Source of the DNA: Eledone cirrhosa
Taxonomy: Eukaryota
Assembly (NCBI GenBank): GCA_964016885.1
Contig: OZ024743.1
Coordinates: 194,866,001 to 194,930,000 of the forward strand
Reading direction: 5' to 3'
Length of the DNA: 64,000 nt
Shown here: piece by piece, positions 52,640-64,000 of the stretch
Layout: each line of letters opens with the position of its first letter
Numbering within the stretch: the first letter of the stretch is position 1
Translations under genes and position numbers: made by a program
Notes under the pieces: generated by a model
Told to the model about the DNA's origin: nothing
The model's database searches: none
What the model saw: only the letters and a program-made list of their open reading frames with translations

Positions 52640-54275
52640 TCTGGAGTTGGAAGGCCAAAACAATGCAGGTATAGATATAGAATATAAATACAAATGCAAA
52701 AGATATTGCTGACAATTAGTCTGTTACCTTAAATTTATATGAATATCCTTAATTTTCGAGATATCTATTCTTCGGAGGGAAGTAAAGTGGTTAATTAAGT
52801 GTTTTAATTAACTTGCCAAGTCATGCTGACAGGAAATGGTATAGAAATTCCATTATATTTTTAATGTCAAAGAATGAAGGTTAGGTGTATAAAGAGTTGT
52901 CTCCCTTTAAAAAGGGGTTTTGACTTGTATGTTTAAGTGTGTGTGGGAGAATACGTGAAGGTGTAAGCATGCGTGTGTGTATGTGTGGGTGAGTGTGAGA
53001 GGATATGTTTATATGTAAATGTGGGTGCTAGCTGCTCTATCATGTTAAAATTGGTCTTTGTGTGTGTATGTGTGTGTGTGTGAGAGAGGGAATAAGTAGA
53101 GGTGTAAGCGTGTGTGTGTGTGCGTGTGCGCGTGTGTGTGTGAGAGAGGGTACGTGAAGGTGTAAGTGTGGGGCTAGGTGCTGTCTCATGTTAAAAATTG
53201 GGTGTTGAGTTCTAGTCTGGTATTGATGGTGTTTGCGTTTTGTCTATAATCAGTGCTTCTTTAATTCTAAGATTGCCGAGGTTTCTTTCCTTAGATTCTA
53301 TCCTAACTATTATGTTTTTGTCGGTGTTTTTGCATTTCACTAGGTGTTTCTTAAGTGAGGAAGCGTTAGTACTGAGGTGTTCCTTTATTCTTAGGGGAAT
53401 TGGTCTGGTGGTCAACCTATGTAGAAATTGCTGCATTTGTCGCACTTTAATCTGTATACGACGTCAGCTCGGTGGCATAGATCTGTGTCGTTGATGGGGC
53501 AGTTGGCTAGCCTGCAGCGGCTGTCATGTCTGGTGGAGTGTCTTTTGGTTTTCTGTCCGCGTAGAAAAGGTCCTGAGTGGGCTAGGTGGATATCTAGTCC
53601 CACTCCTCTGATAGCTCTGCGGATGATTGCTGTTGTTTCGTCACTGAAGTGTGGGAGCTTCTGAAAGCAGGTGTTCGTGCCTCGGGTGTGGTATCCTCTG
53701 TTGTTTCTGGCACGGTTCCCGGTGGACGTCGGCTATCCGTTCAGCTTAAGTACTTCTGGGGAATTTGTGGTGTGTGTATCTTGGTCTGTTGCGTCGGAAC
53801 ATTTGTTCCGGATACGTGTATGTTCGTTCCTTATGTATCCGTACTTAGCGCTGGCTGGGAGGGTCGATCTGAAATGTACGAACAGGTACCTGCTGGCGGC
53901 TTTTTTATAGAAGCAGGTGTGGATGTCGCCTTTCTCTGTTACCCTGAGTTGGAAGCCCAATAGGGATAGGAATCCGCGGTCATCGGGGTGTTCCATACTG
54001 AACTTTATACTGGCATCCATGCTGGATAATGTCGTGTATATTTTATCCGCGTCTTCACGGGATGATGTAAGGATGAGTATGTCAACTACATATCTGGCGA
54101 AGAAGGCATAGGAATGGCAGGTGTTGAGGGCTCGGCATTCTAGCTGGTTCATATAAGTGATGGCCAGCAGGCCCGATAGGTTGGATCCCAAGGGTAATCT
54201 TGTCTGTCTGTATGTGTGGTGGTGGAAGGTGAAGTACGTGTTGTCCACCGTGAAGGATAAAAGCAGTTTTAACAT
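52640..54275 (-). mobile_element. 5'-truncated PLE (RT + GIY-YIG), frameshifted
   Basis: YFTF...YRQ..LPLGSNLSG.LA..YM; RYVVD (mutated YVDD); FYKK; C..ANCP...LC...VVYRLKC.KC..FYIG; R.KEH; LRIKEALII. Confidence 0.92.
52747..52779 (-). ncRNA. Decayed minimal hammerhead (U4C)
   Basis: ccct CCGAAGA atagatatctc GAAA ATT A agg. Confidence 0.4.
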
Positions 54276-54428
54276 TATAGAGCATCTAAACCCCACATTT
54301 ACATATAAACATATCCTCTCACACTCTCTCTCTCACACACACACACACACTAACTCCAAACGTTTATACCTCATTACGCAATGCTTCAAGTAAACTACAA
54401 TTTCCTCCAAACACATATATATATATAC

Positions 54429-54546
<118 letters not shown>

Positions 54547-54779
54547 GATGGCTGCTCCTCGTTATCGAGTATGGCCATTGCACGATATACCATAATTAAT
54601 AATTATCAATTAATTCTAACGTGCAGTGCCTTTGCGTGAAACTATCTTTTTTTTAAAGTGAGGAAAGACTGTGCACTGAGCCAATCCCACCCACTCTCTG
54701 AGCGACAGTAGATATAACCCGAAAAGAGGAAAATATCAACATCATCGGTACCTACTGAGCCGCAGGTTTTATATTGGAG

Positions 54780-54847
<68 letters not shown>

Positions 54848-55090
54848 GTATATATATAATAATTGGTTTCGCTTCTAACTCACTTTTGTATGACTGACGC
54901 TTAAACAATTACATGTGTGTATTTATATGCATACTAGTACTTCCGTATACATATGTAGATGTACACTTTAACTTAATTGTTTAAGCGTCAGTCATACAAA
55001 AGTGAGTTAGAAGCGAAACGAAATTTAATTTCGTTTCGTTATTTGTTTTTATCGTTTCCGCTGAACCGGCGCGTACAATGATTCACGTTC

Positions 55091-55098
55091 TATGCAAA
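55091..55098 (+). promoter_or_regulatory. Octamer motif ATGCAAAT
   Basis: Exact match, conserved as TATGCAAATTAG in the diverged 14.6 kb copy. Confidence 0.5.
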
Positions 55099-55185
55099 TT
55101 AGTCTGCCCACTACTGATTTTCATAGAAAAAGCATATAACGATATGTGCTTTTACAATTCTCCAGAGAAGCCGGAAGATAGGTAT

Positions 55186-55228
55186 ATATTGCTGATGAGA
55201 TGTAATAACATCGAAACTAGTCCAATAT
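55186..55228 (+). ncRNA. Intact type I hammerhead ribozyme
   Basis: ATATTG CTGATGA GATGT aata ACATC GAAAC TA GT C CAATAT; predicted cleavage after C55222. Confidence 0.9.
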
Positions 55229-55811
55229 TCCTGTCTGGCTCTCTGGAGAATAGAGGAAGTGTGTTTCCTTGAAAACTCGTATGATTTTAAAACCCGGTTC
55301 GTCTGTTTGTTTACATACAGACTAGCTGGACACTCACTGTAAAGTGTCTAGTGAAAAACTCGGTACATGTACATATGTATACATGTGTGTATTTATATGC
55401 ATACTAGTACTTCCGTATACATATGTAGATGTACACATTAACTTAATTGTTTAAGCGTCAGTCATACAAAATTGAGTTAGAAGCGAAACGAAATTTAATT
55501 TCGTTTCGTTATTTGTTTTTTTATATATATATATATATTTAAAAGTTAAACAAGGCTCAATGAATAAGTCAAAGAATAAAGTTTTACAATGATTTCATGT
55601 CTCAATCCTAAGGTATATCAATATTGAGTTTTGTCATATCTTATTAACTGCCATGACTGAATTTTAACCATCTACTTAGTTTAGGGTATGACATGCATCA
55701 TCTTATTTTATTTGATGAGGACGTACTGTTGAAGATAGATCAGTACCTCTGAAATATGTATAATAAAATATACTTGATCACACGAATGTCTATTCTTGTT
55801 AATATTTTGAA

Positions 55812-55977
<166 letters not shown>

Positions 55978-56029
55978 ATATATATACATGTATATATGTG
56001 AGCGTATATATATATACATATATATATAA

Positions 56030-56338
56030 TAGTAAAAAATAAATGAAGCAGTAAAAAATGCTAAATGGAATTTCTCATAGAATAACAGCAATATCGTTAT
56101 TTATAAAGAAAAATGTTATCGTACCGGTTTCAGCCACGTGGGCTTCTTCATACTACGTAAGTGTATAATAAGAATTCTAATGTATTTAAGTTGTATATTA
56201 ATAAGAATATGGTATAAAATAACACAGTTTACATACATATATATAGAAGGATTCACATGTTTGTTTATTGTTTTCTTTCATTGGTGGTGTTGACTATAAT
56301 TGCAGCATATATATATATAGCGAGAGAGCGAGAGAGAC

Positions 56339-56389
<51 letters not shown>

Positions 56390-57650
56390 TGGGGATATAG
56401 ATACGTATATACATAATACAGCAAGATAAAATGAAACATGTATAGAGTCCAAGGAATACACACATATAGAAATAAAATTAAAGCGATACAAGTATATAAA
56501 GGACCAGGGATATATATACACAATCACTTAAAGATTTAAGGAAGCATAAGAAGAAACATGATGAGAGTAGGTATCCAATTGTCAACAATATTTAGTGAAA
56601 GATATAAATAAGAAATACGACGAATTATACCTATTTAGGTGTAAGGTATTATGTGATAGCAGAGAATGAAAAGTGTACTGTAATGTATATAATGTATATT
56701 ATACGGCAATGGAGGAACAAAATATATAGAACGCAGTTTGAAGGTAACATCTAATGTAAAGCTAAGTGTAATAAAGAAAGGAATTTCCAAGGCTAACATA
56801 AAAATTGAATTCTTTGAAAAGAAATCTATATGCTGGTGTTTGTGTGGTTGTCTTTGAAAAAGCATGTAGAGACAAGAAGTGAAGAATAGTAGACCAATAA
56901 AGATGGAAAGATACGGAATAAGTGGGATTTTCTAATATGTGTATGTATGAGTGCAATAACGGATAAAAGAAGTATTATAGAAAAATTATTCAGGCGGTCA
57001 GATCTTGAAAAGCTATACAATTTGATAAAGTAAAAGCCTGTATGAAGGATGAAAAGAAAAATAATATTATAAAAGTTAGAAATGAGTGGTGAGAATACAT
57101 AAAGTGTTTCAGTATATTCATTTGTAGGATGAGTAATTTGCCTAGGGAGGTAAGATATAAGGAATAAGAAAAGAGTAGAAAAAACGAGGATAGAATTAAC
57201 TGTAGTTTTACATTTCTCAGGCATAAAAACGGAAGTAAATTTACTGAGGGATATGACACGGTCGAGTATATGATAGATGTATGTTAAGAAATGCGGCAAG
57301 GGAGAAACTACAAGCATGTATTAATAAAGAAAGCAAAATATGAAGGAGAAATTCAATGAGCAATGAAAAAATGTTATAATAAAGTAGAAGTTTAAAGAAG
57401 AAATAAAAAGAAAACAATTAAACCGAAGCGGCTGGAATTGAATTTCAAGGAAATATGACATTTTTATTGAGCATATGTAAGAAAAATGTATCTTATTAAA
57501 AAGATACGTATGACTATATTATCCAGTAACGGGATGGCAGAGAACTAAAGGAAAATATACGAAGAAGGGAACGGTGGAGAAGGAGAATAGAAAAGAGGTG
57601 ACTAAGGCAATATCAATATCTGAGTAATAGCAACGAACTTATAAATAAAG
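56030..57650 (-). other. Probable PLE 3' region with decayed HHR
   Basis: Strand-skewed purine-rich block ending at (TA)n; minus strand ATGAAGA AGCC cacgt GGCT GAAAC CG GT A at about 56121-56151. Confidence 0.4.
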
Positions 57651-57669
57651 ACAGCTGTATCTACATAAA

Positions 57670-57915
57670 GCGAGTGGTTTAGTGGTTAGGATATTCGGGC
57701 TATGATCGTGATGTCTTGAGTTCGAATCCCGGTGGAGCATTGTGCCATTGAGCAAGACACTTTATTTCACGTTGCTCCTGTCTACTGAGCTGTCAAAACA
57801 TGTGTTGTACCTGTAATTCGAAGGGCCAGAATTGCCACATTCTGTTTCACGCTGAATTCCCCTGAGAATTACGTTAAGGGTACGCGTTTCCTTGGGATGC
57901 TCAGTCACTTGCAGG
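57670..57915 (+). mobile_element. tRNA-head SINE (second family)
   Basis: A box tggtttagtgg, B box gagttcgaatccc, then ttgagcaagacactttatttcacgttgctc. Confidence 0.8.
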
Positions 57916-59872
57916 TCTGGGACCAAACGGATGACCAGGATGTAGAAAGGAGTTGAGCCATCTCACCCCTACTAAATGCCCCATATATATAACATCTCCT
58001 AAAGCCTTTCCTTATCAAATTCGTGCTACTTGGATTCCCACACCGGCTCCTGTTGAAAACAGATGGCAGAGTTGTGAAGGTTGAGTTTCTGGAGCCTCAA
58101 AACCAGACAGCTCCGGGCAGATAGGGTTGGTCAGCCGTGGGAGGCAATCTACTAAAGAGATGGAGTCTTCTGCTTCCAAACGTAACCAGCTTCAAAGGAG
58201 ATATACTTCTTAGCCTTGGTTGGCAACTGAACAGGAAAAGAAAAATCCAAAGTAATTCCTATATAGGAACATAGGAAAAAATAATTGAAAATGCAATTGG
58301 AGACTTTAAGAGGGTTTATTCATAATACTTTATTACTCTAGCGCTTTCACAAGTTTCATGGTTTTTAAAGGTTAAGAAAGATACAGAGATGTGAGGCAAT
58401 CTAATGTCAATGCAAAATATTGGTTAACTCGAAATTATATTAGAAACCACGCTGTATTACCAAACCAAGAACTAAGTGGCTTCAAAATGAAGTTCTTAAT
58501 CACGCAGACAGGTTTTAATCTAAGTATGTCGTTAGGTGTAGTTTATGAGGCAGAAACGTATTCTATTACATATTTCATATGTCGGATTGTTTACAATCTT
58601 TTTTCCTTTAGGAGAATCAAATAATAGGACCACCAAATATTTATTTCTAATTTAGATACGAGACCAGCAGATATGTCGTAGTTGGCCTGATGTGATTAAA
58701 ATCAACTTCGTTACTTTACTGGGACTTTGTTTTATCGACTCACGAAGGAACTGAAGGAGGAAATGCAAAGTTGCATACGGCAGGGTTGAAGGCAAAGTTG
58801 CATTCGCCAGGGTTTGAATATAGAATATAATGAACAAGAAGAAACAGTGCAATGACATTTTATGCTAAGCTCTACCATCTCTTCCAATCCATCACTCTGA
58901 GAACACAAAATATAAAAGTACTTAAAATGTTTTCTTTGAATCCAATTGCGAATTACAGACGATTAAGCTGGATTGAGATATAGTTTGCTGAGTTTATATT
59001 TGTTTTATTATCCATAAATAAATTCTCCATAGTATATTTGGAGTTGTTATCAATAGCAGATAAGCATAACGTATCCTTTTTAGATAAAATAAAATAATTC
59101 GCTTTATTTCGCTTCATCGTTTCGATTTCATACAGTGTGTGACCAGAGACACTTAGTCGACTATGTTGATGAGACAGACTTTTGTTACAGTGGATCATGG
59201 GGCAGTACACACATATTAGATGTAATAAGTGATGTTGGCTTAATATAAATTGTGTTAATTCTTAACCAATCAACTAAAATTTGTTTCCTTCGTACAACGA
59301 TGGATCTTAACTCCAGTTGATGATATACAAGGTCTAAAACAAACGTAACAGGATAAAAACGCAATAACAATACTGGATCGATTGGGTGTTCTTGTGGGCA
59401 TTCCTGTGCATATGACTTGACAGCCGAAGTGTGTATGTTAGAGAAGCACTTAAAGAAGTTCCTCTATTCATAAGTTTATCATCTGAAAATTGCAGCTGTT
59501 GTGAAACTCTGTGCAGCGATTTTTCCGTATGATGCAAAGAGCTTTTTTCCGTATGATTCTAATCTTTTTAGTTCCTGTAACACAATTACTGCGAAAAGTC
59601 CACACGATATAGTCGTCTCTAAATATATGGAAACTAACATGAAACCGTGCGGCAATAAATAAAGGCTCTATACACGTGTGTACGTGCACTGATAGCTAGA
59701 ACGATAGAACATAATTTAAACATGACTATTCAGAGTCATTTTAGTAAAACTACTAGCGTACATAACAATTGAATCGTCGTTTGTAAGGACTAAACAATAA
59801 AATAAATTATATGTTCCTCTAGTATGTATTGAGTACACATTTGAAATAAGATTCTCTTACGCTAGCAATTAG

Positions 59873-59942
<70 letters not shown>

Positions 59943-60628
59943 TAAGACAGAAGTTAATCGTTTCTAAAACTTCAACGTCTCAATGAATGGATAGTCAGAG
60001 AAGTAATATTACAAATTAAACATGTGTCAAAATGTCAATCTAGTGGAGTATAAGACAGACAGACTAAAATAAGTTAGTCTAACTACCATGTTTCACGAAC
60101 AGGAGAAACAATACCAGCCATTTCAAATCATTGGCTTAACCAATATTGAAAAATCTATCGCCAGGCGAGAATTCTTTGGAACAAGATGAGAAATTGATCA
60201 TGAAGTCCACATACCATTTCTTTGTCAAATCCGTATGGTGTTCAACACATCGCGTTGTTCAACTACTAAATGAACAAATCTCTCTATATATATTACGAAA
60301 ATACGACAGGGTTATAATGACACTAGAAATAGCAGCAAAAATAAACATGAATAAATCAAATCTACAATGATGGAGTTATTTGTTATGGAAAATATTATAA
60401 GAGTTGGCATAACCTATTTTAGTCGGTCTGGCTTATATTCCCCTGAATTCAAATTTGGGCATAAGTTATATATATATATATACAATGTTTTATATAGACA
60501 CTCTTTACTATGTTTCTCAACACCCTATGCATCTTATTCTACATTTCCTCTTACATATCTCTCATTACAACCTGATTCTGTTACCCGGAGATTTAGCCAT
60601 TTGCATTGTTGAGGCTTCCAAAATGACC

Positions 60629-60682
<54 letters not shown>

Positions 60683-60982
60683 TAGAGTAAACATTTCTAA
60701 GAATAAATATTATTGAAATAGACGCATAGATGTTTCCTATTTTCCTAGGAATTGAACTAGGAACAAGAGAGATATGCTTAATTCCGATTGCTACTTTCTT
60801 TTTGTTTGTAATAAAAACAAATATGTATCAGCAGATAAGTTTCTAAAAACAATGATGGTACAAAACCAATCAATGATTCGACTTATTTTTATTTGCTTGA
60901 ACTATTTCAGATATCTACTACTAAAACTTCCTTTCTATGGATAGTCAAATGAGTTTATACTTATTGTTTTGTTTGTTTTTAT

Positions 60983-61160
60983 CGGCAGAGCGTCGGAGAA
61001 AAATGCTATATGCCATAGGTTTAAGCCCCTTTACGTTCTCAGTTCAAATACTGCCAAGTTTAACCTTGCTTTTCATCCTTACGGGGTCGATACAATAAAG
61101 TACCAGTAATGCTCTGGGATCGATTGCTGACCTTGTGCCTACATCGGAAACCATTATTTT
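60983..61160 (+). mobile_element. Nin-domain SINE
   Basis: gttcaaat...tttcatccttacggggtcgatacaataaagtaccag...gaaaccatta. Confidence 0.85.
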
Positions 61161-61341
61161 GTTAGTTTCTGGGATGGTGGTTAGGCACATGTGTTAGTGC
61201 TTCGTACGAAACACCACGTAGTATTAAGCTACAGCTCAAATTATATCGTACTTACCATGTATTGGGGCCGATATAATCAACTCTCATATCCTCCAAAGTT
61301 GGCCTTCTGCCTAAAGTAGAAATCCTTATTTCGTTTGTATA

Positions 61342-61565
61342 TAGGGTGTCGGATTCGCTGAATCGGTAGAGCTTTGGACAACATGCTTAACGGCATAGGA
61401 TCACGGCCCTTTACATTCTGAGTTCAAATCCTGCCGAGGTTAGCTGTGACTTTCATCCTTACCAGGTCGTAAATTAAAGTGCCAGTCATGCATTGGGGTC
61501 GATTTAATCGAATTTCCCATCCCCACAAAATTGTTGTCCTTGCGCCTAAATCAGAAACCATCATT
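61342..61565 (+). mobile_element. Nin-domain SINE
   Basis: aatcggtagagc...ctgagttcaaatcctgccgagg...tttcatcctt...agaaacca. Confidence 0.8.
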
Positions 61566-62187
61566 TCGTTTGTGTATAATAATATCGTGAAATTAAAAAG
61601 TATAAAATAAAAATAACCGCAATATTTAATTCTTCTTGGTTTTGGGGGTTCCAAAATATTACATTGTTCCGGGCATAACGCGATAAACGATTCTGAAAAT
61701 TATTATCATTGCCACAATTAATACTATTTATGAAGTGTATAATCAATAACTTAACAGACACTTAACAGAAAATAGAGATAAGATGCAGTACGTACTGTCA
61801 TACGATTAGTATTGAATAAATATAAAAATTATCTATCTAAAGTGATGAATTCCTTTCTTGGTTATATTTCTACTAAGAGGAAGACCATATTTTCATTTTG
61901 TTTTCTTTGACTGTTATTTTATTTCTGATGAGATACTGAAAGTACTTGTAACTCCAGACATTTATTTAGACAGTATTTTATTGATTATTTTCTAAAGGAA
62001 TAATTGTTATTTTTCACACCAATGATATTTTTTCACTTGTCAGTTGTAGAATATGCCTGAAAAATAAATACAAAATACATATATTCGGTACGAATGTAAC
62101 GTCTCCAGCGACCCCTATATATGTACACACACACGCATCTATATATACACATACGAATACATATATATGATTATATATCTATATATA

Positions 62188-62340
62188 TAACAAAGGAATT
62201 GTGGTAAGGAAACAGATGGACCATAACGCACCAGAGTACTCAATATTTAGGGTAGTAGAGTGGGAAAGAGGAAAAAGTATGCCCCCGACGGCAGAGCTAA
62301 AGCCGTTTCGACGGCTATTTCTGGACTCAGTCCAGCTCGT
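62188..62340 (-). mobile_element. Foldback-family fragment (see 15115-15308)
   Basis: taacaaagg..gtggtaag...ggaccataacgcaccagagtactcaata.ttagggtag...gacggc..gccgtttcg. Confidence 0.75.
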
Positions 62341-62382
62341 ATATATACTCATACGCTATATATCTATATATGTAGATATATA

Positions 62383-62467
<85 letters not shown>

Positions 62468-62487
62468 ACATACATATATACACACAA

Positions 62488-62521
<34 letters not shown>

Positions 62522-63478
62522 TTATATATATATATATGCATATATATGGGATTGCGTAAAATTGCCTCCTGTGTTTTGTTTGTTTATATATGTAAGTAAG
62601 CATGTACGTGCGTATATATATACATATATATTCTCACATAAGAAATATATACGTGTTATCACACATATGCCAACACATATGTTCGGGTGTAGATATTAGC
62701 ACTACAGACTGGGTTATCAACACTTCGATAGCTCTCGAGTAAAATATTTTAGGCTTTTTCTTAAAAATATTTTTTTTCTGTATTGTAAAATCAATACATT
62801 GGAAATCGAGTGGAGTTTCAGATCTATAAACTATTTGGTTTGGAACATTGTTGGTGTCATATTTTCATTACGAAAGAATAATTAGAAATATTTTCCCAAA
62901 AGCACAAATCTTGAGATTTTCCATTTTCTATTTCACAATGTTCACAATAGATTAAAGCCAAGAACAACATCAACAGAAACTAAAGTATTCAAAATATATG
63001 TTCTAAAACTGCATGACTTTTCTCATAACCTGCTGTTATTGATGTAAATAATTAGATAGTTATGTATTTTTTGTTCCAGACAATAAGGTTCGATTTTTCA
63101 GTGGGATCTTTAAAGCAGAAAATTTGATTTAGCCTTATGGCCGCATTCATTATACGCTTTTGCTCGTAATTCAATAACAAATTCTTACTTTCTAACAATA
63201 TCGAACATTTTCACATAGATTAGAACTACATTCTAATTGAAATATCAGAAGATATAAAGAATATTATCGAAGGAAGGTTTCGAATATTAAATCATCGATG
63301 ATTTAACAATTTACAATGTATTTTTATTCTCTTTTAATCGTACAAAGCTCAGACATCTAAAGCTCAACAAAGGAGATTACAATTTACAATTGAAAACTCG
63401 TTATTAATCCAACCCATAACAGCAAAAGGAGAAAAGAAGAATATTTTCTATCAAAAGAAGGAAAGATGTAGGGGAAAC

Positions 63479-63527
63479 ATAGCAAAGAAAAATATCTGTC
63501 GGATAGCAAAGAAAAATATCTGTCGGA
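63479..63527. repeat. 24 bp tandem duplication
   Basis: atagcaaagaaaaatatctgtcgg x2. Confidence 0.9.
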
Positions 63528-64000
63528 AATAAAAAAAAAACCGGAAAAGAGAGAATCTAAAACATAAATGTCTCAATAGCTTGACATGCAACATCAAGAC
63601 AACAAGTCTGCCCAGAAGCATAATTGTATTCTTGCAAGTACTAACCGCATTTGAATGTTATTTTTTGCATTGATAATGTCTAGATATGTATCGATATTCC
63701 TGTGAAACAAACAGCTGATTGCTTGATATTTTAAATAATATAACAATATAATAGAGAGGCTAACGCATAAAAACACAAGCACATTCATGTGTGCACAAAC
63801 ACGCACAAAAAGTATTTTGTATGTATAGACACTTACTTTCCGAGGCAGTCGTATGGGTAATAGAGTGACGTAAGGCATGTGTTGAGTATTTGAAACCAGG
63901 CGTAGCACATCTCTCTCCTGATTTTGACACAGTTGATTTCTTCCCGAGAAAGGAACTGAGAAATCCATATAGAGAAAGAACTAGATTGGTAATCTATATA

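Larger units (their letters stand above)
54860..55522 (+). mobile_element. Non-coding HHR-containing retroelement, 470 bp period, 140 bp terminal redundancy, short 5' inversion
   Basis: 54911-55050 matches 55381-55520 with 2 mismatches; about 54866-54910 is the reverse complement of about 54975-55019; flanked by (TA)n. Confidence 0.88.

Noticed and set aside
53405-53420. TGA right after FYIG as a second selenocysteine candidate
   Set aside because: The downstream TTRP..RIKEH is in another frame, so it is a 1-bp deletion (TCG ACC to TGA CC), not readthrough.
57673-57735. tRNA gene
   Set aside because: A and B boxes are present, but there is no complete cloverleaf and it runs into a SINE body.
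60080-60300. Possible mariner transposase 3' scrap
   Set aside because: No catalytic motif or TIR is readable.
61926-61960. CTGATGA gatactgaaagtactt gtaac as a hammerhead
   Set aside because: GAAA is replaced and there is no stem I; at best a heavily decayed relic.

Overview
AT-rich, microsatellite-dense eukaryotic (animal) DNA with no host exon I can support. The repeat content ((TA)n/(CA)n/(GA)n tracts, tRNA-head Nin-domain SINEs, RTE, Dong/R4 and CRE-like LINE fragments, a decayed mariner) looks like an octopod cephalopod intron or intergenic region; that assignment is an inference. The dominant signal is a set of Penelope-like elements (PLEs; RT plus GIY-YIG) and non-coding derivatives embedded in (TA)n tracts, with 5' inversions, partial tandem repeats and about 15 intact or decayed type I hammerhead ribozyme (HHR) motifs. 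Most interesting: (1) two diverged non-coding units (433 and 470 bp period) with terminal redundancy, an ATGCAAAT octamer, a covarying HHR and covarying hairpins, which look like retrozymes; (2) a HHR family with a compensatory U3-A8 core (TTGAAAA); (3) three unrelated HHRs with an 80-105 nt stem II; (4) a GIY-YIG ORF broken only by one TGA at a likely Cys position, a selenocysteine candidate; (5) an E2F/CCAAT/E-box cluster in that element's pLTR. Most ORFs in the supplied track are microsatellite artefacts. All alignments and folds were done by eye, and element boundaries are approximate unless a TSD or motif is quoted.
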